A stretch of DNA of 56,251 nt, filler included, from Pristiophorus japonicus (lineage: Eukaryota), in NCBI RefSeq assembly GCF_044704955.1. It is 4 parts of 3 records of this genome, joined end to end, with 100 filler letters (N's around TTAATTAATTAA, not from the genome) between each part and the next. Parts side by side here need not be neighbours in the genome. Positions count along the whole stretch, not along the records: positions 5,423 to 29,325 come from NC_091990.1; 3 more parts are not named here. One strand, written 5' to 3'. The translations under genes and the position numbers were made by a program. Under the pieces are notes generated by a model that was not told the DNA's origin, searched no databases, and was given only the letters and a program-made list of their open reading frames with translations. Every line of letters begins with the position of its first letter. Positions within the stretch are counted from its first letter, which is position 1. Positions 11,599 through 24,829 of this stretch are shown here, in pieces.

Positions 11599-12400
11599 CG
11601 TCTTCAAAGGAGCTCCTCACTTCACTCCAGAGCACACGCCACTCTGAGGAGACTGTCGACACAGCAATTCCAATGGAAACGGGATTGCAGAAGTTTCCGC
11701 AGTGAAAGTTGGCCTTGTTTGGAGCGGGTTAGTATCAGCGGCGAGCTGGGTGTCTGTGCTGTCAAAGTGAATCCGTTCAGACCACAGAAGCTGGACTAGA
11801 GACTGGCCACACCATCGCAGTCAGTACAAGGTCATCGGTAGCATTACTCCAACCCGCCTGAAACGGGCTTTATTATCCCAGAATGAGCAGCATTTACATA
11901 ATGAGGTATTTCTACTTGGTTTTATAACGGTTACTGTATGGAAATGAGAAGGAGCAGCGACTAGAGGGGATACCTGTCCAACACACCGCCCTGTACAGCA
12001 TCCGCCCAGAGAGTCAACCTCTCACCCTTCGAGTCATTATAAACACCATTAAATCCATTAATGCCCTTTGCAACCCTTTTGAATAATACAATTCAACCAC
12101 TTGTTAAAGGAGCACAACTCCGAGAACCACCAAACTAACCAGAAACGTTTACGGAAACCTAACAAATCGAATCAAATAAAACTTTGGTTTCAGGGGTGAT
12201 GATGCACTCTAGTCTCTCCGGTTAATGCCCTTTACAACGTCACATCTTTAAAGCATTGATGACACCAGAATTGAGAGGTTATACCTTTCAGCAAAGGTTG
12301 GACAGGTTGGGGCTGAGGGGTGAGCTGATAAAGATCTTTATGATTATGAAAGGGTTTAATAGGGTGGACATAGAAAACATGTTTCCACTTGGGAGAGGGG

Positions 12401-13110
12401 AACATAACAAAGGAACAGGAGTAGGCCATTGAGCCCCTCAAGCCTGTTCCGCCATTCAATGCGATCATGGCTGATCTGCGATCTAACTCTGCTCTGCCCT
12501 CTTCTGCTCCCTGATGTATAGATTTGAGGGGCTCACTCCCACATTCCTGTGTCAGTCACTCCAGGGTGAGAGGCACCGCACTGGGTAACTTAAAGGTGAA
12601 ACAGAGAAACCAGAAAACCATGTAAATGAATTATTGAAATATTGATGAGAACAGATTCTAGGGATAGGGGGCATAGTCTAAAAATTAGAGCCAGACCTTT
12701 CATGAGTGAAATTAGGAAACACTTCTACACACAAAGAGTAGGAGGGAGCCTTTGGCCTATATCCCTTAATGCCTTTGGTTAACAAAATGCTATCAATCTC
12801 TGATTTAAAATTAACGATTGATCTAGAATCCATTCCCATTTATGGAAGAGAGTTATAAACTTCTATCACCCTTTGTGTGCAGAAGTGTTTCCTAATTTCA
12901 CTCCTGAAAGGTCTGGCTCTAATTTTTAGACTATGCCCCCTAGTCCTAGACACCCCCTAGTCCTAGTCTCCCCAACCAGCGGAAATAGTTTATCTATTTA
13001 CTCTATCTGTTCCCATCAATATCCTGAAAACTTCGATCAGATCACCCCTTAACCTTGTGTAATCCCATCTTGTAACTTAACCCTTAAAGTCCGGGTATCA
13101 TTCTGGGAAG
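12401..13110 (-). mobile_element. CR1 3' fragment interrupted by an insert of about 255 bp
   Basis: The 3' UTR breaks at about 12490 and resumes at about 12748 (gcctttggcc); the same subfamily is uninterrupted at 16737. Confidence 0.8.
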
Positions 13111-13753
13111 ACCAAAACTACGACTATATAAGATAGTCACTAATAAATCCAATATGGAGTTCAGGAGAAACTTCTTTACCCAGAGAGTGGTGAGAATATG
13201 AAACTCACTACCACATAGAGTAGTTGAGGTGACTAGCATAGATGCATTTAAGGGGATGCTAGATAAACACATGAGGGAGAAAGGAACAGGAGGATATGGT
13301 GATTGGGTGAGAGGAGGCTCATGTGGAGCATAAACACCGGCATAGACCAGTTAGACCGAATGGCCTGTTTCTGTGCTGTAAATACTATGTAATTCTAGGT
13401 AAGCATTTTTTTCCATTTTCTGACAGCTTCTCTCATTTCACCTCCTTTATGGACTTTTGTTGAGATGTGATAAACTTGGAAGGAGTATGGGGTCAAAGAC
13501 AAGGTAGGGATTGGAGGTCTAACTCAGAGCCATGTTCTCTTTGAATGCTGCTCTCTCCATTGTCACTAGCTGCTCTCCAATACCTTGTTACCTCTGACCG
13601 GTACTTTATAAATTAATAATTTATTTTGATGGTTTTCTGGTTTCTCTGTTTCACCTTTAAGTTACCCAGTGTTGTGCCTCTCACCTTGAAATGACTGACA
13701 CAGGAATATGGTAGTGAGCCTCTCAAATCTATACATTAGGGAGCAGAGGAGGG
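12497..13753. repeat. Inverted repeat pair of about 139 bp (12497-12635 and 13615-13753)
   Basis: Manual alignment gives about 10 mismatches over the 125-bp core. Confidence 0.92.
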
Positions 13754-13856
13754 TTCCCCACAGTCCATAATATCACTACCCTCCCAGGCTGCCCCTCTTC
13801 CAGCACAACATCAAACTGACATTGTTAAAGGGGGCAGTTCTGCACAGCTGCCCTTG

Positions 13857-13962
13857 CCCTTGGATGAGACTGAGGTCTGCCTATCTGCTCAGGTGGATGT
13901 TAAAGATCCTGTGGCTCTATTGGAAGAAGTGCGGGAGTTCTCCCAGTGTCCTGGCCAACATT
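13857..13962 (+). mobile_element. DeuSINE core fragment
   Basis: ggatgagac...caggtggatgttaaagatcc...gtgtcctggccaacatt matches 8915-9025. Confidence 0.65.
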
Positions 13963-14882
13963 CTGAATGTTAGAAATCCGAGTGAAATAGCTGAGAGGGA
14001 CACTGTGTTCAATGAGGAACGATCAGGCAAACATCCCAAGTCTCATCAATCTCATCTTATGGCAGGACCCACGAGGAGCTTCTAGCTCAGGGACTGTCAG
14101 ATGGAAACATAAAAAGACAACACTCCAAACACTTCCCACACACAGGCTCACTCCTGGTTTAGGCGCTAATTCTGACATTGAAGAAGGCTTTTAAAAAATG
14201 ATCTAAAAATACTGCAGAATGTACAAAAAGGATCAAAGAGGAAACAGGAATGAAAGCAGCCGCTTAGGAGAATAACAGTGTTAATTCCAAGATCTGCGCT
14301 TCGTCCCATTGGGAATCTGCAGCCTCGGTCACAGTGCAGTCAAATTGGCTCTTGGGAAAAAAACCTGTGTGTCCCTTGCTGAGTGGCAGTGCCAGTGTTG
14401 GGTTGGCACCCTCATGGGTCCAGGGCTCAGGTTTTCTGCAGTCAGTCCCAGACCATTGAGAGAGTTACACAGAAATCCACCTCCCTGCATTCCAGTACAA
14501 CAATAAACTTTTTACAAGTATTATAAGGGGGTCAGGTATGGAACTCCGAGACCTCCCAGAGAAAGCCCAGCTAGTGTGGGAGCTTTGGACTGTTGATGTG
14601 GATTGATTGTGAGACTCTGAGCCATTGTGGGACTGGGTCAGATTCACAGACCAGTTGCAGCAACAGCCGCAAAATTCAGGCAGCACATGCTGTGTGTGTG
14701 AGTTTAATGAGTCTGCTAATAGCCTTGACCTGACAATGCACCCTACAACAACAACTTGCATTTATATTGTGCCTTTAATGTGGTAAAACATCCCAAGGTA
14801 CTTCAGTGGAGTGTTATCAAACAAAAACTGATACCGAGCCACGAGGACAGATAAACTAAAGCATAAATTGACAACCAACCAA

Positions 14883-15262
14883 TCCCATAGCCCAGTCACT
14901 GCCCCTATCCCCATAGCCCAGTGAAAAGCCCCCACCCCCATAGCCCATATGCTCAGCCTCACCCCCATAGCCCAGTGACAATCCCCAACCCCCATAGCCC
15001 ATGCACTCAGTCTCACCCCCATAGCCCATATACTCAGTCCCAGCCCCATAGCCCATACACTCAGTCCCAGCCGTCATAGCCCAGTGACAATCCCCCACCC
15101 CCATAGCCCATACACTCAGCCACACCTCCATAGCCTAGTGACTGTTCCCCCAACCCCCATAGCCCAGTGACTGTTCCCCCAACCCCCATAGCTCAGTGAC
15201 TATGTCCCCAACCCCCATAGTCCAGTGACTGTTCCCCCAATCGGGGTTATAGCCCAGTGACA
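14883..15262. repeat. Degenerate minisatellite of about 22-27 bp
   Basis: Recurrent ccccatagccca(gtgac/tacactcag). Confidence 0.9.
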
Positions 15263-15269
15263 GCCGCTA

Positions 15270-15490
15270 CGACCCATCCTGTCCTCAGCACTTTTCCACA
15301 CACACGCACTGGACAGCAGGAGCTGATCAATTAGCACCTAGGAGTGGGGGGCCTGGCTGATTTCTCCCTTCTCTAGCCCAGGGCACTGAGGTCAGCTAAT
15401 GCAGGACTGACCTGGGATTGAACCTGGGACCTTCCTGATCTCTGAGCCTCAGTTCCACACTGAGCAGTGCTGTCACCCACAGAGACAGCG
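15270..15490 (-). mobile_element. tRNA-derived SINE 5' portion, LmeSINE1-like
   Basis: Reverse strand has caggaaggtcccaggttcaatccc (B-box), ctcagtgccctgggctag and gaaatcagccagg. Confidence 0.55.
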
Positions 15491-15564
15491 GGCTAGCGGG
15501 GGAAGATACCATGTAGTTTCTATGAAACCTATAACTGTGGTAATTTCATTCTGCGAGGGGCCTC

Positions 15565-16060
15565 AGGAAGGATATATTGGCCTTGGAATGGGTGCAATGC
15601 AGGTGCACCAGAATGATACCGGGGGTTAAGGGGTTAAATTATGAGGACAAGTTACATTGACTAAGCTTGTATTCCCTGGAATTTAGAAGGTCGGGGTGGT
15701 CTAATTGAGGTGTTTAAAATAATAAAGGGATTCGTTAGGGTAGATACAGAAAAACTATTTCCTCTGGTGAGGGAATCAGATCAAGGGGGCTCAAACTTAA
15801 AATTAGTGCTAGGTCTTTTAGGAATGAAATCATAAAGCACTTATTCTCACAAAGGGAGAAAATTCTCCCCCCCAAAATGTTGTGGTTGCTGGGGGTGAAT
15901 TGGAACTTTCAAGATTGAGATTGATGAATTTTTGTTGGGTAAGGGTATCAAGGGATATGAAGCAATGGCAAGTAAATGGAGTTGTGGTGCAGATCAGCCA
16001 TGATCTAATTGAATGGCCGAGCAGACTTAATGACCTACTGCTGCTCCTATAGTTCTATGT
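15565..16060 (+). mobile_element. CR1 3' fragment
   Basis: aggaaggatatattggccttgga...agatcagccatgatc...ttctatgt tail. Confidence 0.8.
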
Positions 16061-16736
16061 AAGTTAATTCACAGATCTTCTCAGCACCATACCTCCCTAA
16101 TGTCTGATTATAAATAGGCAGAGGATACCTGCACGTGCTCCATTGTTATTGAACGCACTGTGCCCTCGGAGTAAGCTGCAAGATGCTATGTTGTCTTAAA
16201 TCTCCTGTTGTTCCAAGGGTGCGCAATATGAATTCAATGAGAACAATGGCTGAAGCTCGATTACTAACTCCTGTTGGTGACGTTATTGGGACTTTTGAAC
16301 ATCTGAACACTGGAAATCATGATTGCACTTCGCTGCCATTATCTGTCATTAATCGACAATCAATAATGATCGTTACATTTCATAAATTGAGCTACATGTA
16401 TGCATAGGTTCCCATGACAACCAGCACTGGCTTCTCATAAGGTGCCCTAGCTCCAGTCTGACATTCAAGTCTAATACAGGGTAACTTGTTCCTTAGTTAC
16501 AGGGCACCTTGCACAGGATTGTGTGTTATTGTATCAGAATATGTGGAACCGTTTAATTTGTTCCTTTTGTATTGTGCTTGCTGCTCACTTTTTCTTTCCA
16601 TGGAGAGGTGATTCTAAAACATTCGGTAGCAATTTTGTAGATTAAATGTATTTGAATTGGAATGGGATGTTGCAATGTGATGCATACTGACTCTTCACCT
16701 CTGGCTGGGATTCACATCCAGTGCAAACTGATGAAT

Positions 16737-18015
16737 GAACATAGGAACAGGAGTAGGCCATTGAGCCCCTCGAACCCTTACCGCCATTCAATGAGATCAT
16801 GGCTGATCTGCGATCAGTGTTAAAGTGCCTTTGGCCCATATTGCTTAATACCTTTGGTTAACAAAAAGCTATCAATCTCTGATTTAAAATTAACAATTGA
16901 TTTTGCATCAATTGCTGTTTGCAGAAGAAAGTTCCAAACTTCTACCACCCTTTGTGTGTAGAGGTGTTTCATAATTTCACTCCTGAAAGATCTGGCTCTA
17001 ATTTTTAGACTACACCCCCTAGTCCTAGACTCCCCAACCAGCAGGAATAGTTTCTCTCTATCTACCCTATCTGTTCCCCTTAATATATTGAGAGGAGCAC
17101 ACTTTATCCTTCTAAATTCTAGTTTGTGCAATCTCTCCTCTTAACCCTTGAAGTAAACCTACGCTGCACTCCCTCCAAGCCAATATATCCTTCCTAAGGT
17201 CTGGTGCCCAGAACTGCTCACAGTGCTCCAGGTGTGGTCTAATCAGGGTTTTGTACAGCTGCAGCATAACTTCTACCCCCTTGTATTCTAGCCCTCTAGC
17301 TATAAAGACCACATTCCATTAGCCTTTTTGATTATTTTCTGTACCCGGAGGTCTCTATCTGCTGGGGATAAGGGTCCGACATGAAATGAGCTTGAGGCAG
17401 TCTAGATTTTCTCTGAGTGGGCACAAAGCCAGCCCAAATATTTAGTATTTGAGTGTTCCATTTTCCACAGCATTGTTACATTATGCAAGTACCTGTAGTT
17501 TGTGTATATGTTAAAGTGTTATTATTCTTATTCTGAGACTATGGCATCTAGTTCTAGGCTCTCCAGCCAGAGGAAACATCCTCTCATCATCTACTCTGTC
17601 AAGCCCCTTAAGAATTTTATACACTTCAATGAGATCACCTCTCATTCTTCTAAACTCTAGGGAATATAGGCCTAGTCTACTCAATCTCTCCTGATAGGAC
17701 AATCCCCCCAACCCAGGAATCAGTCTAGTCAACCTTTGTTGCACTCCCACTAAAGCAAGTTTATCCTTCCTTAAGTAAGGAGATCAAAACTAGAAACAAT
17801 ACTCGAGGTCAATATTCCCATGAATTTTTTTGAGTGAATGGTCCCTTTAACAGGCTGCATGGCCCATTCAGAATTTTGCGCATGTGCAGCTTAGCAGGAT
17901 CAATGCTCCATGTATGGTCTCACCAACGCAATATATAATTGCAGTAAGACTTCTTTATTCACACATTGCAAACCTTTTGTAATAAAGATTAATATACCAT
18001 TTATTTTCCTAATCT
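16737..18015 (-). mobile_element. Two CR1 3' fragments (16737-17345 and 17525-18015)
   Basis: [13 protein letters not shown] and LGLYSLEFRRMRGDLIEVYK ORF pieces. Confidence 0.85.
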
Positions 18016-18017
18016 AT

Positions 18018-18197
18018 CCAGTCACTGCACCAATGCACTCCTCCACCCAGTCACTGCACCAGTGCATCCTTCCACCCAGTCACTGCACCAATGCACTCCT
18101 CCACCCAGTCACTGCACCAATGCACTCCTCCACCCAGTCACTGCACCAATGCACTCCTCCACCCAGTCACTGCACCAATGCACCCCTTCACCCAGTG
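18018..18197. repeat. 29-bp minisatellite, about 6 copies
   Basis: Unit cagtcactgcaccaatgcactcctccacc, with gtcactg at 18021, 18050, 18079 and onward. Confidence 0.92.
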
Positions 18198-19270
18198 AGA
18201 GACTCTGCAATCCAGTGAGAGATTCAGTGAGATCCATCGATTGGCTCTGTGTGTTCCAGTGAGTGGCTGTGTGTGATCCCATGAGTGGTTGTGTGTGATC
18301 CATCGATTGGCTCTGTGTGATCCAGTGAGTGACTCTGTGATCTAGTGAGTAACTCTGTGAAACTTTACCAGACATTTAACACACCTGCTCAACTGCGACC
18401 CTTAGAGTTCAAAGCTCTGATGTGTTCCTTCCTTCCCAAACACTGAACCAATCCTGTAAGTGCAGACTGCGCATTCTGCACACAAAGTACATCAATCTCG
18501 TAGCTCTGGATCAAACAGGGCAACATACCAGATGAAAAAGGTTGTTTTTATGCAAAATCTAATTGGCAGGTGCATGGGAACAATGAGTTACTGATTAAGC
18601 TGCTGTTGAAGCTCTGACACATTCACTATGTGCTGCTCAATACTAAACACAGGGCGAGAAAAACAAACACTTACCACGCCAAGCGTTCGTACAGAGCTGC
18701 CTGCAGCCAAGGGCTTCGCTGTGACTGAGCTGGGTGATTGCCCTCCTGAAAGCTACTTGTCTTCATATAATTGCAGTCTGTGGTTACAATGCCCTGCTCA
18801 GTGTCTCTCTCTGCTTGATCTGGTCTCTCATCTCCCCCTGTGGTTGGGGGGGAATTTATTCCCAGCTCATCGGAGCACAGCCAACCAGGAGAAGAGAATT
18901 GCTTCCACAAATATGAATAAATATATCGGAGGGAATGTTAAAGAAAAATTCAAGCACATTGGAATTTCATTTAAAAGGAAAATAATGCCATCTCCTTGAT
19001 TTTAGCTTAAAAACAAAAGTGTAATTGTGCATGAAAATCTGAGCACTGACATCTGGATGAGAGGTGCCTGAGCATCAACTCTAATAGTGAGGTGAATTGT
19101 CACAAGGTTTGGAGTGCCATTGAACACTAATTTTTTTTTTTAAACTGTAAGAAGTCCTTAATCCTCTCCGGAATGTGCTGATTCTCACTGAGGTTCAAGA
19201 TCCCACCTCTTCTGAAGGTCTGACTCTCACTGGGGTACACGTCCCTTCCTCTTCTGAAGGTGCTAACTCT

Positions 19271-22200
19271 TTGGTAACTGATTGGTTGGTAAAGGTCACA
19301 CCGTATTTCTTTTTTGCTCTTCAAGTGGCTGGGGTTAAATAGCTGGTTAGAGATAAAACAGAAACTTAGAGATTGGTAACTGTTAATACTATATATTTGA
19401 ATCTTAGTCTTAAGTTTCTTTAAAGTTAGTTAATAGTAGAATAAATGAAGGCATGGCAGGGCAGCTCAGTAACGTGGTATGCACATCCTGTGCCATGTGG
19501 GAACTCCAGGACGCTTCCCTGTGTCCGGACAACCACATGTACAGGATGTGTTATCAGCTGGAGGAGTTCGAGCTCCGGGTTTTGGAGCTTGAGCAGCAGC
19601 TGGCATCACTGTGGAACATCTGCGAGGCTGAGAGCTTCGTGGATGCCATGTTTCAAGAGGTGGTCACCCCATAGATAAGGAGTGCGCAGGCAGAAAGGGA
19701 ATGGGTGACCACCAGACAGAAAAGGAATACCAGGTAAGTAGTGCAGGAGTCCCCTAAGTGCATCCTGCTCTCCAACCATATGTTGTTCTGAATACTGGTG
19801 AGGGTGATGGTTCCTCCGGGGAGTACAGCCAGAGCGAAGTCCGTGGCACCACGGGTGGTTCAGCTGTACAGGGGGGAGGAAGAAGAATGGGAGAGCAATA
19901 GTGGTAGGGGATACGATAGTTAGGGAGCAGAGAGCTGTTTCTGCGGCCGCAGACATGACTCCAGGATGGTATGTTGCCTCCCTGGTGCCAGGGTTAAGGA
20001 TGTCACTGAGCTGCTGCACAACATTCTGAGGGGGGGAGGGTGAACAGCCAGAGGTCGTGGTCCATATTGGTACCAACAACATATAGGTAGAAAGAGGGAT
20101 GAGGTCTTGCAGGCAGATTTTAGGGAGGTAGAAAAGAACTTTAAAAATAGGACCTCAAAGGTAGTCATCTCCAGATTACTCCCGGTACCACACGCGAGTG
20201 AGTATAGAAATAGGGGGATTGAGCAGATGAATGCGTTGCTGGAGAGATGGTGCACGAGAGGGTGCTTCAGATTCTTGGGGCATTGGGACCAGTTCTGGGG
20301 GAGGTGAGACCTGTACAGGCCAGATGTGTTGCACCTCAACAGGGCCGGAACCAATAACCTCGCAATGAGGTTTGCTAGTGCTGTTGGGGAGGGTTTAAAC
20401 TAATTTGGCAGGGGGATGGGCACCAGGATATAACATTAGAAAGGAGAAATAAAGTGCTCAAAGGACTGGGAGAGGTAGAGAGCACTAATGTAAGAAATAG
20501 TAAGGTATCAGGTAGGGTACAACTAAGAGAGAATACGGGATGGCCTAAGACAGGTTTACAGTGTATGTATGTGAACACACAAAGCGTAGTAAACAACGTA
20601 AGGTACAAATAGCCACATATGATGTTGTGGCAATAACTGAGACCTGGATCAAAAAAGGACAGGATTGGGTATTAAATATTCCTGGTTATAAGGTATTCAG
20701 GAAAGATAGGGGAAGAAAGATAGGAGGTGGTAATGTAGTATTGGTTAAAGGGAATGTTACACTGCTGGAGAGGGAGGATGTCTTGGAGGGGTCAAGGACA
20801 GAATCTATATGGCTAGAGTTAAGAAATAATAGAGGTGCCATTACACTACTAGGTGCATTCTATAGACCACCAAATAGTAGCAAAGATAAGGAGGAGCAAA
20901 TTTGCAGAGAAATGACAGAGAGGCACAAGAACTAAAGGCCTGGATCTTTGGCTTTTTTGTTTTCGGGCGATAATGGCGGCGGGGCGGAAAAGTTAACAGC
21001 TGGAAATAGTTTGTACTTTAGTATGTAAGTTTGGGCATCTGGGCCCTGTGTCAGGGGGCACAGCACTAAGGGAGACATTGCACACCTCTCGTGGTGCAAG
21101 GATGGGAAACCCCCGAGCTAAAGAGCCGGGCCATGAGCGCTCCAAGAGAGGCCTGGGAGAAGGGAAACCTGAAAAAACCCCACAAGAACATTTCTAAAAC
21201 ATTGCTCACACCACCGCAACACAAACACACAAAAAATTAAAACAATAAACACTCGCACTTACTTTTGGAGTAATTTACCTTCCTCTCCACCGCCGGCATG
21301 GCCGGGCCGCTCTGATTTCCCAGGCGGTCATTGCGGGCCTCCAGGCAAGAGTCAAACCTCGGCTGGTGTCGTAGCCAGGGCCGGTGCACACCCGGTGCAG
21401 CTCTTCCCGGTGGTGCTGCTCAGTGCCGCTGCAAAACCCGACCGGAGGATCACGACGGGGCACTGGAGATCTCACCGCCGTCTTTCACGCCGCTCCGGGC
21501 CAAAACCCGGAGCGCAAAGGATCAGAAAATCCAGCCCATAGAGTAGTGATAATGGGAGACTTCAACTATTCTAATATAGACTGGGATCGTAATAATGTAA
21601 AGGGCAGAGAAGGGGAAGAATTTCTGAAGTGTGTTCAGGAGAACTTTCTTGATCAGTACGTTTCCGACCCAATGAGGGAGGAGGCATTGCTGGATCTGGT
21701 TGTGGGGAATGAGATAGGTTAAGTGGAGCAAGTGACAGTAGGGGAACATATAGGGAACAGTGATCATAGTATCATAAGGTTTACATTAGCTATGGAAAAG
21801 GACAGGGAGCAATCTACAGTAAAAATGTTTAACTGAGTAAGGCAAATTTCAGTGGGATGAGAACAGATCTGTCCTGGGTAAACTGGAATCAAAGATTGGC
21901 AGGCAAAACGGTAGTGGAACATGGGCTCCCTTTAAATAATAAATAGTTCGGGTACAGTCGAGGTACATTCCCTGAGGGGGAAAGGTAGGGCAACTAAAGT
22001 CAGAGCTCCCTGGATGATGAAACAGATAGAGAATACGATGAAGCAGAAAAAGAGCGGCAATGACAGATGTCAGGTTGCAAATACATCTGAGAATTAGACT
22101 GTGTATAGAAAGGTCAGATGAGACGTGTAAAAGAAAATAAGAGAGGGTATGAGAATCGAATGGCAGCCAACATAAAAGGTAATTCAAAAGTCTTCTATAT

Positions 22201-23315
22201 GCATATAAACAGTAAAAGGGTAGTAAGAGGAGGGGTGGGCCCGATTGGGGAGCAAAAGGAAGACCTATGCATGGAGGCAGAGGGTTTTTCAGACTGGAGG
22301 AAGGTATACAGTGGTGTTCCCAGGGGTCGATTCTAGGAACACTGCTTTTCTTGATATATATTAATGACTTGGACGTGGGCGTACCGGGCACAATTTCAAA
22401 ATTTGCAGATGACACAAAACTTGGAAGCATAGTGAACAGTGAGGAGAAGAGTGATTGACTTCGGGAAGACAGAGGCAGGCTGGTGAAATGGGCAGACATG
22501 TCGCAGACGAAATTTAATGCAGAAAGTTGTGAAGTGATGCATTTTGGTAGAACGAATGAGGAGAGGACATATAAACTAAAAGGTACAATCCTAAAGGGGG
22601 TGCACAAACAGAGACCTGGGGGTATGTTTGTATAAATCATTGAAGGTAGCATGGCAGGCTGAGCAAGCAGTTAATAAGGCTTACGGGATCCTTGGCTTCA
22701 TAAATAGAGGTATAGAGTACAACAGTGTGGAAATTATGATGAACCTGTATAAAACACTGGTTCGGACCCAACTGGAGTAGTGTGTCCAATTCTGGGCACC
22801 ACACTTTAGGAAGGATGTGAAGGCCTTAGAGAGGGTGCAGAAAAGATTTAAGAGAATGACTACAGGAATGAAGGACTCCAGTTACGTTGATAGACCAAAG
22901 ATGGGGTTGTTCCCCTTGGAGCAGAGAAGATTGAGAGGAGATTTGATCGAGGTGTTCAAAATCATGAGGGGTCTGGACAGAGTAGATAGAGAGAAACTGT
23001 TCCCATTGGTAGAAGGGTCGAGAACCAGAGGACACAGATTTAAGGTGATTGGCAAAAGAACCAAAGGCGCGTAAGAAAAAATGTTTTTACACAGCAAGTG
23101 ATTAAGATCTGGAATGCACTGCCTAAAAGGGTGGTGGAGGCAGATTCAGTGTTATCTTTCAAAAGGAGAGTTGGATAAGTATCTGAAGGAAAAAAAAATG
23201 TAGGGCTATGGGGAAAGTACAGAGGAGTGGGACTAGCTGAGAGTTGGCACGGGCTCGACGGGCTGAATGGCCTTCTTCCGTGCTGTAACCTTTCTATGAT
23301 TCTATTATTGTATGA
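19271..23315 (+). mobile_element. 5'-complete CR1 LINE (ORF1 Cys-rich/leucine zipper + SGNH esterase; ORF2 EN/RT), degenerate, with internal deletion
   Basis: ORF1 CTSCAMW...LRVLELEQQL, esterase motifs VGDT, HIGTNN, DVLHL; ORF2 ITETW, YRPPN, GDFN, FADD. The sequence jumps from linker to mid-RT near 22283. ttctatgattcta tail. Confidence 0.9.
20937..21537. mobile_element. PIF/Harbinger-like MITE nested in the CR1 endonuclease
   Basis: TIRs ggcctggatcttt / gaaaatccagccc; flanks aact-aaa | ata-gag restore the CR1 sequence aactatagag, giving a 3-bp TSD (ata, left copy mutated). Confidence 0.8.
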
Positions 23316-23319
23316 TTCT

Positions 23320-23675
23320 TTCTGGGGTACAGGACCCCTTCTCCTCCAAGGTGCTGACTCTCACTGGGGTAAAGGTCCCCTCCTTTCCTGAAGATGCTCA
23401 CTCTCACTGGGGTACAGGATCCCTTCTCCCCTCAAGGTGCCGACTCTCACTGGGATTCAGGTCCCCTCCACTCCTAAAGGTGCTGACTCTCACTGGGGTA
23501 AAGGTCCACTCCTTTCCTGAAGATGCTGGCTCTCACTGGGGTACAGGATCCCTTCTCCCCTCAAGGTGCTGACTCTCACTGGGGTACAGGTCCCCATCTC
23601 TCCTGAAGGTGCTGACTCTTACTGGGGTACAGGACCCCCCCTGCCCTGAAGGTGCTGACTCTCACTGGGGTAGAG
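23320..23675. repeat. Minisatellite of about 43 bp; further copies at 19175-19270
   Basis: Unit aaggtgctgactctcactggggtacaggtcccctcctttcctg. Confidence 0.92.
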
Positions 23676-24829
23676 GACCAGCAGTGTCAATTTCCTGAAG
23701 ACTTCTGCATTCTTTGTCAGGTTGCTGGGGCCCCTAATTTGATACTATTAGCAAATTTTGATATCATTCCTCTTGTACCTGCAGCAAGATCATTTATATA
23801 AATGGAAAAAGAATAGAGTTCCCAGCACAGATCCCTGGGGCACACCAGTAGCGACATCCTGCCAATCTGAAAGCGCATTTACAGCCCTACTATTGGCTTT
23901 CTGTCAGCTAGCTACCTCTTCCATGTGGTTACATTCTATTAATGTGTCTTCGTTTTTGCATCAAGCCTCAGAAATGTCACCTCTTCAAATGCCTTCAGAA
24001 AATCTTTCTTCTGCTGGTCGTGAGCAGTTATTCCAATTGGTTGGGCTGAGCAGAGGACAATATTGGAATGAGAAGGACTCCAGAAAGTAACCAGAAAGTA
24101 GTGATTAGAGTTAGCTCTAATTGTCACTAAGTAATGTGCTCCTCAACTGATACCATTTGGTTTAATGAATCTCTCCGTCCTGTAATCCGTGGGATCCTCC
24201 TTACAGCACTGCCTCTGTGATGGGAAGGTAGAAATCTACATAGACCAAAGAAACCAGCTCTGTTGTCCATTGGTGTGTTGCCATGGAGACAGTAGTCTGC
24301 CTTTGTGTTGTTTTGCTGTGACTTGCATTAAGTACAAACTGTACATCTCCCGCCAGTCCCCATGCCAATCCTGCTGCTACAAAATGCTGAGGTGGCCTTC
24401 CAGTTGTTTCGCGCCGAGACTCAAGGCTATGTATGCGACACTTCACCGTTCAGTATGTGCCTGTATCAGCTCACGTTCCTTGTGCCACTCTGTTTTGTTC
24501 AGTTTTTGCTCTCACTGATGTTCATCCGATTATGGATCCAGTGGAAAGATTTTACCCCAAGTGCTGGTCTGATGAAAGGATAGCTTAAGAGAGTAGCATC
24601 GATAAATACAGTAACACACTGATCGAAGAGAGATCAGCCAAGGACAGACAGTGCAGCCACCACGTGATGATCTGACAGATACGAGACAGAGTTCAGGACA
24701 CTGAAAGGCTTGCACAGTTTTACAATAACTGGAGCACTCTTTAATCACAAAAATGTTACACCACACAATTTACATCGGTCACATTTCGAAAGCTGCAGTA
24801 AACTGCAGGGAGGGTAGTCCCTGGAACAA

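Noticed and set aside
23320-23675. Regular repeats resembling a CRISPR array (also 18018, 34930 and 49068)
   Set aside because: Head-to-tail minisatellites without unique spacers, in vertebrate DNA with no cas genes.
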